Under the pieces are notes generated by a model that searched no databases, was not told where the DNA came from, and saw nothing but the letters and a program-made list of their open reading frames with translations. Of a stretch of 64,000 nucleotides of DNA, positions 10,152-21,400 are shown one piece after another; position 1 is the first letter of the stretch, and every line of letters starts with the position of its first letter. Origin of the DNA: Pseudomonadota bacterium (GTDB lineage Bacteria; Pseudomonadota; Alphaproteobacteria; Paracaedibacterales; CAIOTO01). The position numbers were made by a program, and so were the translations under genes. The stretch is taken from contig JAZKDQ010000008.1 of NCBI GenBank assembly GCA_040387495.1, positions 1 to 64,000 of the forward strand. The letters run 5' to 3'.

Positions 10152-10447
10152 CCAGCATGTCTAATTGCAATTTGAACAATCAGACCTCTGAGAAACATAA
10201 CAGCTAAAATAAGCACAATTGGAGATAAATCGATTCCACCTAAGTCAGGCAAAAAACGTCTAATGCGACTCAAGATTGGCTCAAGTATTCTAAAAAGAAA
10301 ATTATGAATTCCATAAACGAATTTATTATAGCGGTTAATAATATCAAATGCTTCAAGCCATCCCAAAATTATATATGCAAACAAGAAATATCGAAGTAGA
10401 TCTAGGATGGCATCAAAGACACTGAGTAAAGGCAATAAAACTAACAT
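10148..10447 (-). CDS. YggT family membrane protein
   Basis: EPILSRIRRFLPDLGGIDLSPIV signature. Confidence 0.9.
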   Translation of the reverse strand: MLVLLPLLSVFDAILDLLRYFLFAYIILGWLEAFDIINRYNKFVYGIHNFLFRILEPILSRIRRFLPDLGGIDLSPIVLILAVMFLRGLIVQIAIRHAG

Positions 10448-10652
10448 ATGATAATATCACATTTCAAATTGGTATGTTTTACAGTAGCTAATTCGAATGA
10501 TTAATACAAGAGAGAGCTGAATGTGTTTAGCTTTGGATGTTTATGATATTCAAATATACAGGCCATCTCCTGTCTTCTTAGAAGTGAGATATTAGTGTGG
10601 TGATGTTTTTAGTAATTGTTTGCCGATGAGTATATTCTTTACAAGAATTAAG

Positions 10653-10806
10653 TGATGCCGCATGAGCCGGTAGCTTTTCTGATCCTCTCGTGGCCAAGAC
10701 GCCAGGTGGGGGCCGTAAATAACATAACCAAGGCTATGACAGGGACAGCTCCCGAGAGTAAAAAATGGGCCAAGGGATTCTAAACAAATCGCACTCCGCA
10801 GCATCA
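10653..10806 (-). ncRNA. ssrS: 6S RNA
   Basis: minus strand carries ATCCCTTGGCC...GGGAGCTGTCCCTG...GGCCCCCACCT as in alphaproteobacterial 6S RNAs; complementary termini TGATGCTGC/GCGGCATCA. Confidence 0.85.
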
Positions 10807-11015
10807 ATTATTAATCTATCATATAAAGTGGCTATGGAAAACATATTTATTTTTATCTAAATTTACTATTTATAAATTATTTCATGCTTATATAGTTATG
10901 AAAACAAAATTCAATTGTATTTAAAATTTATTATTTAAAACACATAAATCCTTGATTTTTTTACTTTATAGAGTTTAAAGTATCTAAATGATTAATCAGA
11001 AAGTGACTTTATAAT

Positions 11016-12317
11016 ATGTCCAATGAATCCGCCACAGATATTCAATTTACTTTCGGTGACAAAACAATAATTTTGCCAATTCTAAATGGCACAGATGGGC
11101 CATCTGTGCTTGATATAAGGTCGCTTTATGCACAAACTGGCTTATTAACGTATGATCCTGGATTTACATCCACAGCTAGTTGTGAATCTGCAATTACATT
11201 TATTGATGGTGATAAAGGTCGATTGTTATATAGAGGTTACTCAATTCAAGAGTTGGTTGAACGCAGTGATTTTATAGAAGTTGCCTACTTACTGCTTTAT
11301 GGCGAACTGCCCACGTTATCACAACGCGCTCGTTTATCTGAGGATGTAACCTATCATACGATTGTACATGAACAAATTAGATCTTTTTATAATGGTTTCA
11401 GACGAGATGCCCATCCAATGGCGATTATGGTTGGTGTTGTTGGTGCACTTTCTTCGTTTTATCATGATAGTCTTGATATTCAAGATCCAGAGCAGCGTGA
11501 AATCGCTGCATTACGCTTAATTGGTAAAATGCCAACAATAGCTGGCATGGCATATAAATACTCCATTGGACAGCCATTTGTTTATCCTAAAAATGAACTT
11601 AGCTATGCGAGTAATTTTCTTCGTATGATGTTTGCTGTGCCTTCGGAGGAATACATTGTTAATCCAATTTTAGAAAGAGCAATGGATCGAATTTTAATTT
11701 TACATGCAGATCACGAGCAAAATGCTTCTACATCAACTGTGCGATTAGCAGGATCGAGTGGTGCTAACCCGTTTGCTTGCATTGCATCTGGTATTGCTGC
11801 GCTTTGGGGACCTGCGCATGGGGGGGCAAATGAGGCAGTTCTTAACATGCTTAAGGAAATCGGTACGATTGATCGCATTCCTGAATTTATAAATCGTGCA
11901 AAGGATAAAAATGATTCATTTCGCTTAATGGGATTTGGTCATCGCGTTTATAAAAATTATGACCCTCGTGCAAAAATTATGCGTGAAACATGCCATGAAG
12001 TATTAGCAGAGCTGGGTATAAAAAATGATCCATTGTTGAATTTAGCGATGGAACTTGAAAAAATTGCCCTTCAAGATCCTTATTTTGTTGAACGTAAACT
12101 TTATCCAAATGTGGATTTCTACTCAGGCATCATTTTCCGTGCAATGAAAATACCTGTTTCTATGTTCACTGTTATTTTTGCTGTTGCAAGAACTGTTGGT
12201 TGGGTTGCACATTGGCTTGAAATGATATCAGATCCATTACAAAAAATAGGTCGCCCAAGACAGCTATATCATGGTAAAGTTGAAAGACAATTTGTGCCTG
12301 TTGAAAAGAGGAGTTGA
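11016..12317 (+). CDS. gltA: citrate synthase (type II)
   Basis: [48 protein letters not shown]. Confidence 0.97.
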   Translation: MSNESATDIQFTFGDKTIILPILNGTDGPSVLDIRSLYAQTGLLTYDPGFTSTASCESAITFIDGDKGRLLYRGYSIQELVERSDFIEVAYLLLYGELPTLSQRARLSEDVTYHTIVHEQIRSFYNGFRRDAHPMAIMVGVVGALSSFYHDSLDIQDPEQREIAALRLIGKMPTIAGMAYKYSIGQPFVYPKNELSYASNFLRMMFAVPSEEYIVNPILERAMDRILILHADHEQNASTSTVRLAGSSGANPFACIASGIAALWGPAHGGANEAVLNMLKEIGTIDRIPEFINRAKDKNDSFRLMGFGHRVYKNYDPRAKIMRETCHEVLAELGIKNDPLLNLAMELEKIALQDPYFVERKLYPNVDFYSGIIFRAMKIPVSMFTVIFAVARTVGWVAHWLEMISDPLQKIGRPRQLYHGKVERQFVPVEKRS

Positions 12318-12325
12318 AAACGTTT

Positions 12326-12475
12326 ATGAATCCACTGGCAACGTATACACTTCAACATTTTGTGAACAAGGCTGCAAATAGTAATGCAGTTCCAAATAAT
12401 ATTCTTTTTAGAAAGTATATTAAAATTGGGTTTATAATAGCACCATTCGTAATTTGGTTTATTTGGGCATATTAA
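12326..12475 (+). CDS. putative 49-aa small membrane protein (below the ORF-track cut-off)
   Basis: MNPLATYTLQHFVNKAANSNAVPNNILFRKYIKIGFIIAPFVIWFIWAY; GAGGAG at 12308-12313; fills the gltA-hslO gap. Confidence 0.45.
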   Translation: MNPLATYTLQHFVNKAANSNAVPNNILFRKYIKIGFIIAPFVIWFIWAY

Positions 12476-12505
12476 AAATATGTCCGTATTTTTTGTATAG
12501 AGTGT

Positions 12506-13459
12506 ATGGACAACGTTATTAGTCTTGTTGAGAAAAAGAAATTAAAAGGATACATAGTGCCATTTGCATTGGATGGTGCAATGGTTCGTGGTCGTCTTGT
12601 ACGTTTAGGTTCAGCACTCTCCGACATAACAGAGAAGCATAAATACCCAGAAATTATTAATAAATATATTGCTGAAATGCTAGCGCTTGGTGCTGCACTC
12701 ATTATGGATATGAAGACCAACGGTGCTATTACATTGCAAATTACGAATAGTGCAATTATTCGGATGATTATTGCTGATGTAGGAAGTAACGGTGATATGC
12801 GTGCCTGTGCGACGTGGGATGATGACGCATTATCTGCGCTGTTGCACGCCACACCGAATCCATCTCTTGCTCAACTTTTTGGCGGCGGGAATTTAGTTTT
12901 CACGGTTTCGCTCGATCACCAAACGGAAAATTATCAAGCGATTATTGAATTAAATGGCGCAACATTATCAGAATGTATGCACCACTACTTTAGGCAATCA
13001 GACCAAGTGCCAACGGGGCTTTTTGTGTGCACAGATTTCTTAAATCCATTTGACGGTGATACATATTTAGCAGGAGCATTATTACTGCAAAGAACACCAA
13101 TTGACCATTCAAAAGATAGTGAAGCAATTGAAAAAGAAGAAGATGACTGGTTCACTGATATAAGTCTTTTAGCGACAATTACCCCACATGAATTATTGTC
13201 TGCCGACATTTCTGCTGAAACGCTTTTGCATCGCTTATTTCACGAGCGTGATTTAAATATCTTTCCATTAAAAACCATTCAAGCGCGATGTCATTGTTCA
13301 AAGCAACGTATCGAAACAATTCTGACTAATTTCTCAGAAGAAGATCTTGCAGGAACACTTGTTGATGGAAAAATAGATGTTTTGTGTGAATTTTGCAGTG
13401 AGAACTATAATTTTACAGAAGCTGAGATAAAGCAACTGCGAGACACAAAACCAAAATAG
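12506..13459 (+). CDS. hslO: Hsp33 redox-regulated chaperone
   Basis: VRGRLVRL, YFRQSDQVPT, CHCS...CEFC zinc motif. Confidence 0.92.
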   Translation: MDNVISLVEKKKLKGYIVPFALDGAMVRGRLVRLGSALSDITEKHKYPEIINKYIAEMLALGAALIMDMKTNGAITLQITNSAIIRMIIADVGSNGDMRACATWDDDALSALLHATPNPSLAQLFGGGNLVFTVSLDHQTENYQAIIELNGATLSECMHHYFRQSDQVPTGLFVCTDFLNPFDGDTYLAGALLLQRTPIDHSKDSEAIEKEEDDWFTDISLLATITPHELLSADISAETLLHRLFHERDLNIFPLKTIQARCHCSKQRIETILTNFSEEDLAGTLVDGKIDVLCEFCSENYNFTEAEIKQLRDTKPK

Positions 13460-13471
13460 TATACAGCATAC

Positions 13472-15259
13472 TCAATACGTTCTCTTCTTTGGCGGCACAA
13501 CACTTACTTCATCTGTCATTGTGTATAAATGCACAGGACGTTGTTCAAAAGACACGTTACCGTCATCGTTTAGCGTACTTTGTGTATGTACCATCCAATT
13601 ACCGTCATCGCGCTCAGAGAAATCATCACGTGCATGGGCGCCGCGGCTCTCCGTACGGTTTCGCGCTGAATGGATTGTCACCACAGACTGTTGATAAAGA
13701 TTAAGCAGTTCAATCGCCTCTACCAAATCAGTATTCCAAATGAGGGATTGATCGTTGACTTGCAAATCTGACATCATGCTGCCAATGTCATCTATTTGTT
13801 TAATTCCTTCTGACAAGATTTCATCACTTCGAAAAACAGCACAGTGACGTTGCATTGTTTCTTGTAATTTTAAACGAATTTCAGCAGTTTTGATTGCGCC
13901 ATTTGCATGACGAAGTTTGTCAAACCAATTAAGTGTGGTTTCCCCTGCATTAGTGGGGAGTGGATCATGTGGCAAATTGGGTGCAATCAGTTCTTTTGCA
14001 CGTATGGCAGCTGCTCTGCCAAATACAATCAAGTCAAGTAATGAGTTTGTGCCTAGGCGATTTGCACCATGTACAGAGACGCATGCGGCCTCTCCAATAG
14101 CCATTAAGCCTGGAACAATCGTTTCTGATGCGCCACGCACAACCTCGCCATGTATGTTTGTGGGAATCCCGCCCATGTTGTAATGCACAGTTGGCAGTAC
14201 AGGAATAGGTTCTTTCGTAACATCAACGCTGGCAAAAATTTTTGCTGTCTCTGATATGCCTGGCAATCGTTCGTGAAGAACTTTGGGATCGAGATGTTCT
14301 AAATGCAATAAAATATGATCTTGTTTGGGCCCAACGCCACGTCCTTCTAGAATTTCAATGGTCATGGCACGGCTGACAACATCACGCGATGCTAAATCTT
14401 TCGCATTGGGAGCATAGCGTTCCATAAAACGCTCGCCCGTTGAATTGGTTAAATATCCGCCTTCTCCACGTGCACCTTCAGTAATAAGGCAACCAGACCC
14501 ATAAATACCCGTAGGGTGAAACTGAATGAATTCCATATCTTGCAAAGGAAGCCCAGCACGAAGCGCCATGGCATTTCCGTCGCCTGTGCAGGTGTGGGCT
14601 GATGTGCATGAGAAAAATGCTCGTCCATAACCACCCGTGGCTAAAACAACAGTATGCGCTTGAAAACGATGAATTGTTCCGTCCTCAAGGCACCATGCTA
14701 AAAGTCCGCGACACGTGCCACTTTCATCCATGATGAGATCGAGTGCAAAATATTCGATAAAGAATTCAGCTTCATGTTTGAGGCACTGTTGATACAGCGT
14801 GTGTAAAATAGCATGCCCAGTTCGATCAGCTGCGGCGCAGGCGCGTTTTGCCATACCTTCACCTTGGTTAATGGTGTGTCCACCAAAGGGTCGCTGATAA
14901 ATACGTCCTTCAGCAGTGCGCGAAAAAGGTACACCAAAATGCTCTAATTCAACAACGGCAGGGATTGCATTCTTACACATATATTCAATAGCATCTTGAT
15001 CTCCCAGCCAGTCAGATCCTTTGATTGTGTCATAAAAATGAAAACGCCAATCATCACCATCGCCCATATTGTTAAGTGCAGCACCAACGCCACCTTGTGC
15101 CGCGACTGTATGGCTTCTTGTTGGAAATACTTTTGTAATACACGCTGTTTTCAGTCCTGCTGTGCACATTCCCAATGTTGCGCGTAGGCCTGCGCCACCG
15201 GCTCCTAATACGACAACGTCATAACTATGATCAATAATTGTGTATGCAGGTTTCGTCAT
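13472..15259 (-). CDS. sdhA: succinate dehydrogenase flavoprotein subunit
   Basis: [43 protein letters not shown]. Confidence 0.97.
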   Translation of the reverse strand: MTKPAYTIIDHSYDVVVLGAGGAGLRATLGMCTAGLKTACITKVFPTRSHTVAAQGGVGAALNNMGDGDDWRFHFYDTIKGSDWLGDQDAIEYMCKNAIPAVVELEHFGVPFSRTAEGRIYQRPFGGHTINQGEGMAKRACAAADRTGHAILHTLYQQCLKHEAEFFIEYFALDLIMDESGTCRGLLAWCLEDGTIHRFQAHTVVLATGGYGRAFFSCTSAHTCTGDGNAMALRAGLPLQDMEFIQFHPTGIYGSGCLITEGARGEGGYLTNSTGERFMERYAPNAKDLASRDVVSRAMTIEILEGRGVGPKQDHILLHLEHLDPKVLHERLPGISETAKIFASVDVTKEPIPVLPTVHYNMGGIPTNIHGEVVRGASETIVPGLMAIGEAACVSVHGANRLGTNSLLDLIVFGRAAAIRAKELIAPNLPHDPLPTNAGETTLNWFDKLRHANGAIKTAEIRLKLQETMQRHCAVFRSDEILSEGIKQIDDIGSMMSDLQVNDQSLIWNTDLVEAIELLNLYQQSVVTIHSARNRTESRGAHARDDFSERDDGNWMVHTQSTLNDDGNVSFEQRPVHLYTMTDEVSVVPPKKRTY

Positions 15260-15263
15260 ATAT

Positions 15264-15593
15264 TTAAATTCCTTTTAGAAGCATTAGGATAGAGTAAGCA
15301 AAACTAAGCAATAACAATGATAGAAAAGCATCAGCAGCATGTAATAGTATTTTGCATTTTATTTGCTGTGTGTAATCTTCAATTATAATTGATAAACCTA
15401 ATCGCGCATGATAAAGAACCAAAAGGAGAGCTATTGACATGAGTAACAAAACCATTGGGCTGCTCAGTTTAAGATGCAACTGTCTATATGAAGATGTATT
15501 TATTGTTTTAAATAGCCACCAAATCCCTGGAATAAAAAGGAAAAGTATGAGTGCTGAGACACGTTGATGTAGCCAATGTTTTGATGCGCGCAT
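15264..15593 (-). CDS. sdhD: succinate dehydrogenase hydrophobic membrane anchor
   Basis: HW..QRVSA, HARLGL..IIEDY. Confidence 0.9.
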   Translation of the reverse strand: MRASKHWLHQRVSALILFLFIPGIWWLFKTINTSSYRQLHLKLSSPMVLLLMSIALLLVLYHARLGLSIIIEDYTQQIKCKILLHAADAFLSLLLLSFAYSILMLLKGI

Positions 15594-15610
15594 AAAGAAT
15601 TCTCTACGAT

Positions 15611-15988
15611 CTAAAAAATAAGACAGAAATAAGCAAATAGGAGTGTTGTAATAAAGCTTAGGAGGATGGTTATAATCCCTGTTTGTGTAACTGCTTTGAT
15701 TTCAAAGCCATATCCTATATCCCACATTAGATGTCTTATTCCATTGATTGAGTGATAATGAAGCGAAAAAATCAATGGCCATTGCCAAAATTTTCCGCCC
15801 ACTGAGTGCCAAATAGTTATGAATTCATTCCATGCTGCTTCACTTATCGAAAATGAAACAAAGCCGACACAAAAAAGAAGCACCCCGAAGACAAGGCCTA
15901 TTCCAGTAAATCGGTGCAGAATTGACAGTATAGAGGTGATTTGAGGGCGGTAAATTTGGATGTGTGGAGATAATGGACGATTGACCAT
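15611..15988 (-). CDS. sdhC: succinate dehydrogenase cytochrome b556 subunit
   Basis: NRPLSPHIQIY, SILHRFTG, H..NGIRHL.WD; start placed at MVNRPL. Confidence 0.93.
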   Translation of the reverse strand: MVNRPLSPHIQIYRPQITSILSILHRFTGIGLVFGVLLFCVGFVSFSISEAAWNEFITIWHSVGGKFWQWPLIFSLHYHSINGIRHLMWDIGYGFEIKAVTQTGIITILLSFITTLLFAYFCLIF

Positions 15989-16093
15989 AAACTTTTTTAA
16001 AATTTCAATAAAATGCCGTAGTTTAAGTCTAGGTTTCACCTGCGTTGTTGTCAAGTGAATGAAAATAGAGTGGGGGTATATGAAAGGGCATAT

Positions 16094-16116
16094 AAAAAAG
16101 GAGGCTACAGCCTCCC
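16094..16116 (-). terminator. intrinsic terminator after the phytase-like gene
   Basis: minus strand GGAGGCT-GT-AGCCTCC-TTTTTT. Confidence 0.75.
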
Positions 16117-16167
16117 ATTCTTAATTCATTATTTTTAATAAAATAACTCTTTTTACAAAAGCACCAA

Positions 16168-17010
16168 TCAATGCAATTCGTCGAATGCATTTCTGATAAC
16201 GTCTAATCGATCGCGAACTGCCTGTTGACGCTCAACTTGGCTAGGCATTTTTAAAAGATCCTTGCCACCAACTTGGTGTTGTCTTGTTAAGACATTGTAA
16301 AGTGAATGATTTTTAAATCGCATCATTTCTAGGATAGAAAGGAACGTTGTTGTTCGCCCTTCACCACCGCGACAATGGATGTGGATCCATGTATCTTTTG
16401 GTAAGGATGAAACGAACTTAATGAATTCACCTATAGCTGCTTTTTCTGGTGGATAGTGATCCGTTAGAGGCATACGCCAGTATTGAACACCATAATTTTT
16501 GCAAATTTCAGCTTCTGTTTTTATAATTGGGCCATTTAAATGAACTGGCTTATTTAGCTTGCGGCTATATTTCTTATGTAAAGCTTCTTTTGTTTTTCCT
16601 TTTGCTTTCTTCCAGTTCCCATGTCTGTCAATATCAAGCTTACGTGGTTCTAAAACAATGCTCTTCTCTGCAACTAATTCACGCTGAATCTTTTGCTCAT
16701 TAGGGAATGTATAATCTTTAGAAGGGTTTTCATGTTTATCTGTTATGGTAAAAGGAATGCCATTGGCAAAAAAATGTGATTCTTCCCGCAAATCGATAAT
16801 CACAATTTTAGATGGATGAATATTTCGGCGTTGTACGATATCGTTAAGTATTACAGCAAGTTGGTCGTCAGAAAATTGTTCACTCCCTGAGGCGCGTAAA
16901 TCATCTAAATAACGCAAATGGGTGAGATCTTTCACTTTATGGTCATTTTCAAAATAAGCTGCTGAGCCTTGGTTTAGCATGAGTGCGAGTGCAGCAATAA
17001 CTTTATACAT
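16168..17010 (-). CDS. secreted protein-tyrosine-phosphatase-like phytase / inositol polyphosphate phosphatase
   Basis: SGSEQFS, IDLREESH, TDH general-acid loop, P-loop HCRGGEGRTT (CX5R), RQ...GG; signal-peptide-like N-terminus; AGGAG SD. Confidence 0.8.
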   Translation of the reverse strand: MYKVIAALALMLNQGSAAYFENDHKVKDLTHLRYLDDLRASGSEQFSDDQLAVILNDIVQRRNIHPSKIVIIDLREESHFFANGIPFTITDKHENPSKDYTFPNEQKIQRELVAEKSIVLEPRKLDIDRHGNWKKAKGKTKEALHKKYSRKLNKPVHLNGPIIKTEAEICKNYGVQYWRMPLTDHYPPEKAAIGEFIKFVSSLPKDTWIHIHCRGGEGRTTTFLSILEMMRFKNHSLYNVLTRQHQVGGKDLLKMPSQVERQQAVRDRLDVIRNAFDELH

Positions 17011-17030
17011 TTTTTTCTCCTATATATAAT

Positions 17031-17360
17031 TTAATTTATTGATTGTGTTTGATGCTCGATGCTTATCTTAAAAAGTGCATCAAAACGCCCTAATTCAATC
17101 ATTTTCTTTACTTGCCCTGTTGGGTTAAGCAAAGTGATGTGTCCTCTACAATCTTGAATTTTATCACGTGCCAAAAGCAGCATGCCTAGTCCAGCTGAAT
17201 CGATAAACTCGAGCTCAGATAAATTAAATACACACTCTTGATTTGCTGATTCACCTAGAATATCCGTGATTTGTCTAAATAAACTGTAATCCGAATAAGT
17301 AAGTCGTCCATTAAATTCAATTTCTGCCTTTCGACCCGTTGTTATTATTTTATAAAGCAT
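17031..17360 (-). CDS. STAS-domain protein (anti-sigma factor antagonist family)
   Basis: NLSELEFIDSAGLGMLL phosphorylation motif; start placed at MLYKI after an AAGGA SD. Confidence 0.85.
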   Translation of the reverse strand: MLYKIITTGRKAEIEFNGRLTYSDYSLFRQITDILGESANQECVFNLSELEFIDSAGLGMLLLARDKIQDCRGHITLLNPTGQVKKMIELGRFDALFKISIEHQTQSIN

Positions 17361-17560
17361 TCTGCGTTCCTTGAAGGAATTCACTGTGTTTATAAGAATT
17401 ATTACATGATAATTCTTTATATATGGTTAATATTGAGGAAAATTTATTTATATTCTTAAAAATAAAGGTAAAAAGGAAGATTGATTATTGGTGTACCTCT
17501 TCAATTTTCTTCACCGTAAAATTATTTTAGTGTAAAGTTCCTTAATATAAGGAAAATGAG

Positions 17561-18212
17561 ATGTATGCAATGAACACAAATATAGCTGAAACGCTGACAG
17601 GTAATCCAAATTTGGTTGGAGATTCTGGCCTTGATATGCCTCCGAATAATCCGTTAGAGCTCTTGCGTACATGGTTCGAAACCGCCATTCGCTTAAAAGT
17701 ATGCGAGCCAATATGGTATTACACTGGCTACCGTTGATTCTGCTGGCCACCCATCAACACGCGTTGTTCTTTTAAAAGGCTTTGGCTACCGTGGTTTATT
17801 GTTCTCAACGAGCGAGGAAAGTAACAAGGGCAAAGATTTAGCGCAAAATCCTTGGGCTGCATGTACGCTTTGGTGGCGTGAAACAGTTCAACAGATTCAT
17901 TGCCAGGGGAGGGTGCATAAATTATCTGAGGCTGAATCAGATGAAATGTTTAAAGAGCGTATTGCTGCTGCACAAGCAATTGCATCCATATCTAAGCAAA
18001 GTTCGCCTATGGAAGATGAAAATCTGCTGCGTACTCAGGTCAATGATTTAATAGTGATGCAAATTGAAATCCAAAGGCGTAAAAGTTGGCATGGATATGT
18101 ATTGGAGCTCACCAGTATTGAATTCTGGCATGGTAGTGCAGATCGTTTTCATAAACGACTTAGGTATGATTTAGTGAATGGGAACTGGAATCATCTACGT
18201 TTGCAGCCGTAG
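17561..18212 (+). pseudogene. frameshifted pyridoxamine 5'-phosphate oxidase family protein, PhzG-like
   Basis: 5' frame MYAMNTNIAETLTG...NPLELLRTWF...VCEP joins 3' frame YGITLATVDSAGHPSTRVVLLKG...IEFW...RFHKRLRY...RLQP if one A at about 17711 is removed. Confidence 0.75.
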
Positions 18213-18338
18213 ATTGAGTCTTATCAAAAACGTACAAATAATTAATATCTGTACTACCCTTAAACGCGAAAATATCTCTCTTTATCATCCTTTTTTTTTA
18301 TTTTCAAGGCTTGTTTTTATTTTTTTTAGTCCCCATAT

Positions 18339-18386
18339 TAACAATATGTTGATTGCATTGACGCGCCAAGACTCTACATATTGTGT
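18339..18386 (+). promoter_or_regulatory. tandem NrdR boxes overlapping the nrdJ promoter
   Basis: TAACAATATGTTGATT (18339) and ACTCTACATATTGTGT (18371), 32 bp apart, matching acaCwAtATaTwGtg; TTGACG lies between them. Confidence 0.75.
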
Positions 18387-18454
18387 TTTTTGGGAAAAAT
18401 AGCGCTAATATTGAATCATATATAAAACAACAAACAATTAAGGAAATGTGCGCC

Positions 18455-21400
18455 ATGAAAATTCAACGTCGTTGCACCACAGCAGGACAATCTCCCTATG
18501 CATCGATCGCTTTTCGCCCTGCGACAAGTGAAATTAAAAACCCAGATGGTTCAATCGTATTTAAGCTTGAAGGTATCACTGTCCCGGAAGCATGGTCGCA
18601 AGTAGCATGTGATGTGTTGGCGCAAAAATATTTTCGTAAAGCTGGTGTTCCTGTCGAAGTTGTGGCCGTTGAGGAAAAAGGGGTGCCATCATGGTTATGG
18701 CGCCGTGAAGCAAAAAATGGCACAAGCTTTGCAAGTGAAATGTCTTCACAACAAGTTTTTGATCGACTCGCTGGTACATGGACATACTGGGGTTGGAAGA
18801 ACCGTTATTTTGATACTGAAGAAGATGCGCTTGCCTTTTATGATGAGCTTCGTTTTATGTTGGCCAGCCAAATGTGTGCTCCAAATTCGCCGCAATGGTT
18901 TAACACTGGGCTTTATTGGGCCTATGGCGTTAATGGTCCAGCGCAAGGTCATTATTATGTTGATGGCGAAACGGGTGTATTAGCAGCATCAACGTCAAGT
19001 TATGAACGTCCACAACCACATGCATGTTTTATTCAAGGTATTAGTGACGATCTTGTGAATGAAGGCGGAATTATGGATTTGTGGGTGCGAGAAGCGCGCT
19101 TATTTAAATATGGTTCAGGTACAGGAACAAATTTCTCTAACGTGCGTGGTTCTGGTGAGTCATTATCAGGTGGTGGGAAATCTTCTGGCTTGATGAGCTT
19201 TTTGCGTATTGGTGATCGTTCAGCTGGCGCTATTAAATCAGGTGGAACGACACGCCGCGCAGCTAAAATGGTTGTATTAGACATTGATCATCCAGACGTT
19301 GAAGAGTTTATCAATTGGAAAGTTGTTGAAGAACAAAAAGTTGCAGCGCTTGTTTCTGGTTCAAAAATTAATAATAAGTATCTTAATGAAGTGCTTGATG
19401 CATGTATTAATAGTGACTTGCCTAAAGATAAAAAAACTGACCCTAAACAAAATCCTACATTAAAAACGGCGATTCTTGCTGCACGCAATGCAATGGTGCA
19501 AGAAAATCTAATTCGACGCACAATCCATTTAGCTGAGCTTGGCTATACACACCTTGATATCCCTGTATATACAACAGATTGGGATTCAGAAGCATACGGT
19601 ACTGTTTCAGGGCAGAATTCAAACAACACGGTTCGCTTGTCAAACGAGTTCATCGAAACTGCACTTAACGATGGTGATTGGGATCTAAAAGGTCGCAAGA
19701 CAGGTCAAACAATCAGAACGTTAAAAGCACGTGAATTAATGGATAAAATTGGGTATGCAGCATGGGTGTGCGCTGATCCAGGGGTTCATTTCTCGTCAAC
19801 AATCAATGAATGGCACACGTGTCCAAAAAGCGGCCCGATCAATGCATCTAATCCATGTTCTGAATATATGTTTTTGGATAATACAGCGTGCAATCTAGCA
19901 TCAATTAATCTTGTAACGTTTTATAAAGATGGAAAATTTGATACATCTTTGTACGAGCACACAGCTACTTTGTGGACAATTGTTTTGGAAATTGCCGTTC
20001 TTATGGCGCAATTCCCTTCGAAAGAGATAGCACAACTTTCATATGAATATCGCACACTTGGTCTGGGCTATGCCAATATCGGAGGTTTACTCATGGCAAT
20101 GGGTGTTCCTTATGATAGCATAGAAGGCCGTGCAGTCGCCGGTGCACTTGCGGCAATCTTAACTGGTAAAGCGTATGCAACATCCGCCTTGATGGCAAAA
20201 GAACTTGGTGCTTTTGTTGGGTATGCAAAAAATAAAGAAGATATGTTGCGTGTTATACGTAATCACAGACGTGCAGCCTATGGTGAATCCAAAGGGTATG
20301 AAGGATTAAGCATTAATCCGGTTCCATTGCTTGAAAAAGAATGTTCCATTAAAGAACTTATTCAATCAGCACAGAACGTGTGGGATGAAGCACTTAAGCT
20401 TGGTGAAAAGCATGGTTACCGTAACGCACAAACGACGGTTATTGCGCCAACAGGAACAATCGGTCTTGTGATGGATTGCGATACAACAGGTATTGAGCCT
20501 GATTTCGCACTCGTTAAATTTAAAAAACTTGCCGGCGGTGGATACTTTAAAATTATTAACCAAATGGTGCCAACAGCACTTAAAAAATTGGGTTATGACG
20601 CTGCGCAAATTGAAGCAATTATACGTTACGCCGTTGGACATGGTACATTAGAGGGCTCACCAGCGATTAGTTTTGAACAACTCAAAACAAAAGGCTTTAC
20701 AGACGATATTTTGTCAAAGTTTGCAACGTCCTTGTCATCTGCCTTTGACATCAAATTTGCATTCAACAAGTGGACGCTTGGTGAGGATTTCTGTAAACGT
20801 GTACTGGGTATTTCAGATGATCAATTGAATGACGTAAGTTTTGACGTCCTCACCTTCCTTGGTTTTACAAAGGCTGATATTGACGCTGCAAATAACTATT
20901 GCTGTGGAACAATGACGCTTGAAGGTGCTCCATTGTTAAAAGACGAACATTTACCCGTGTTTGATTGTGCATCACCATGTGGCCGTATTGGTAAACGCTT
21001 TTTGTCTTCACAGAGCCATATTACAATGATGAGTGCGGTTCAGCCATTCATATCAGGTGCGATTTCAAAAACCATCAACATGCCAAACAATGCAACCGTT
21101 GAAGAATGCAAAGAAGCCTATTTGATGTCATGGCGTTTGTGCTTAAAGGCGAATGCATTGTACCGTGATGGTTCTAAGTTATCACAACCAATGAATGCGG
21201 TTGCTTTTGATGAGAATGAAGCTGAAGAATTGTCAGCAATGCCAAACGCAGAAAAAGCAACGGTTGCTGCTGAAAAAATCATCGAGAAAATCGTTGAAAA
21301 AGTTATTTATCAATCTAATCGTCGTAAATTGCCAAGCCGCCGTGGTGGCTATACACAAAAAGCGGTTGTGGGTGGACATAAAATTTATCTTCGTACCGGT

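Noticed and set aside
10592..10807. 71-aa ORF on the minus strand
   Set aside because: Coincides with the 6S RNA gene and has no protein-like features
17799..18212. 137-aa ORF as a complete gene
   Set aside because: It is only the 3' part of the frameshifted PdxH/PhzG-like gene
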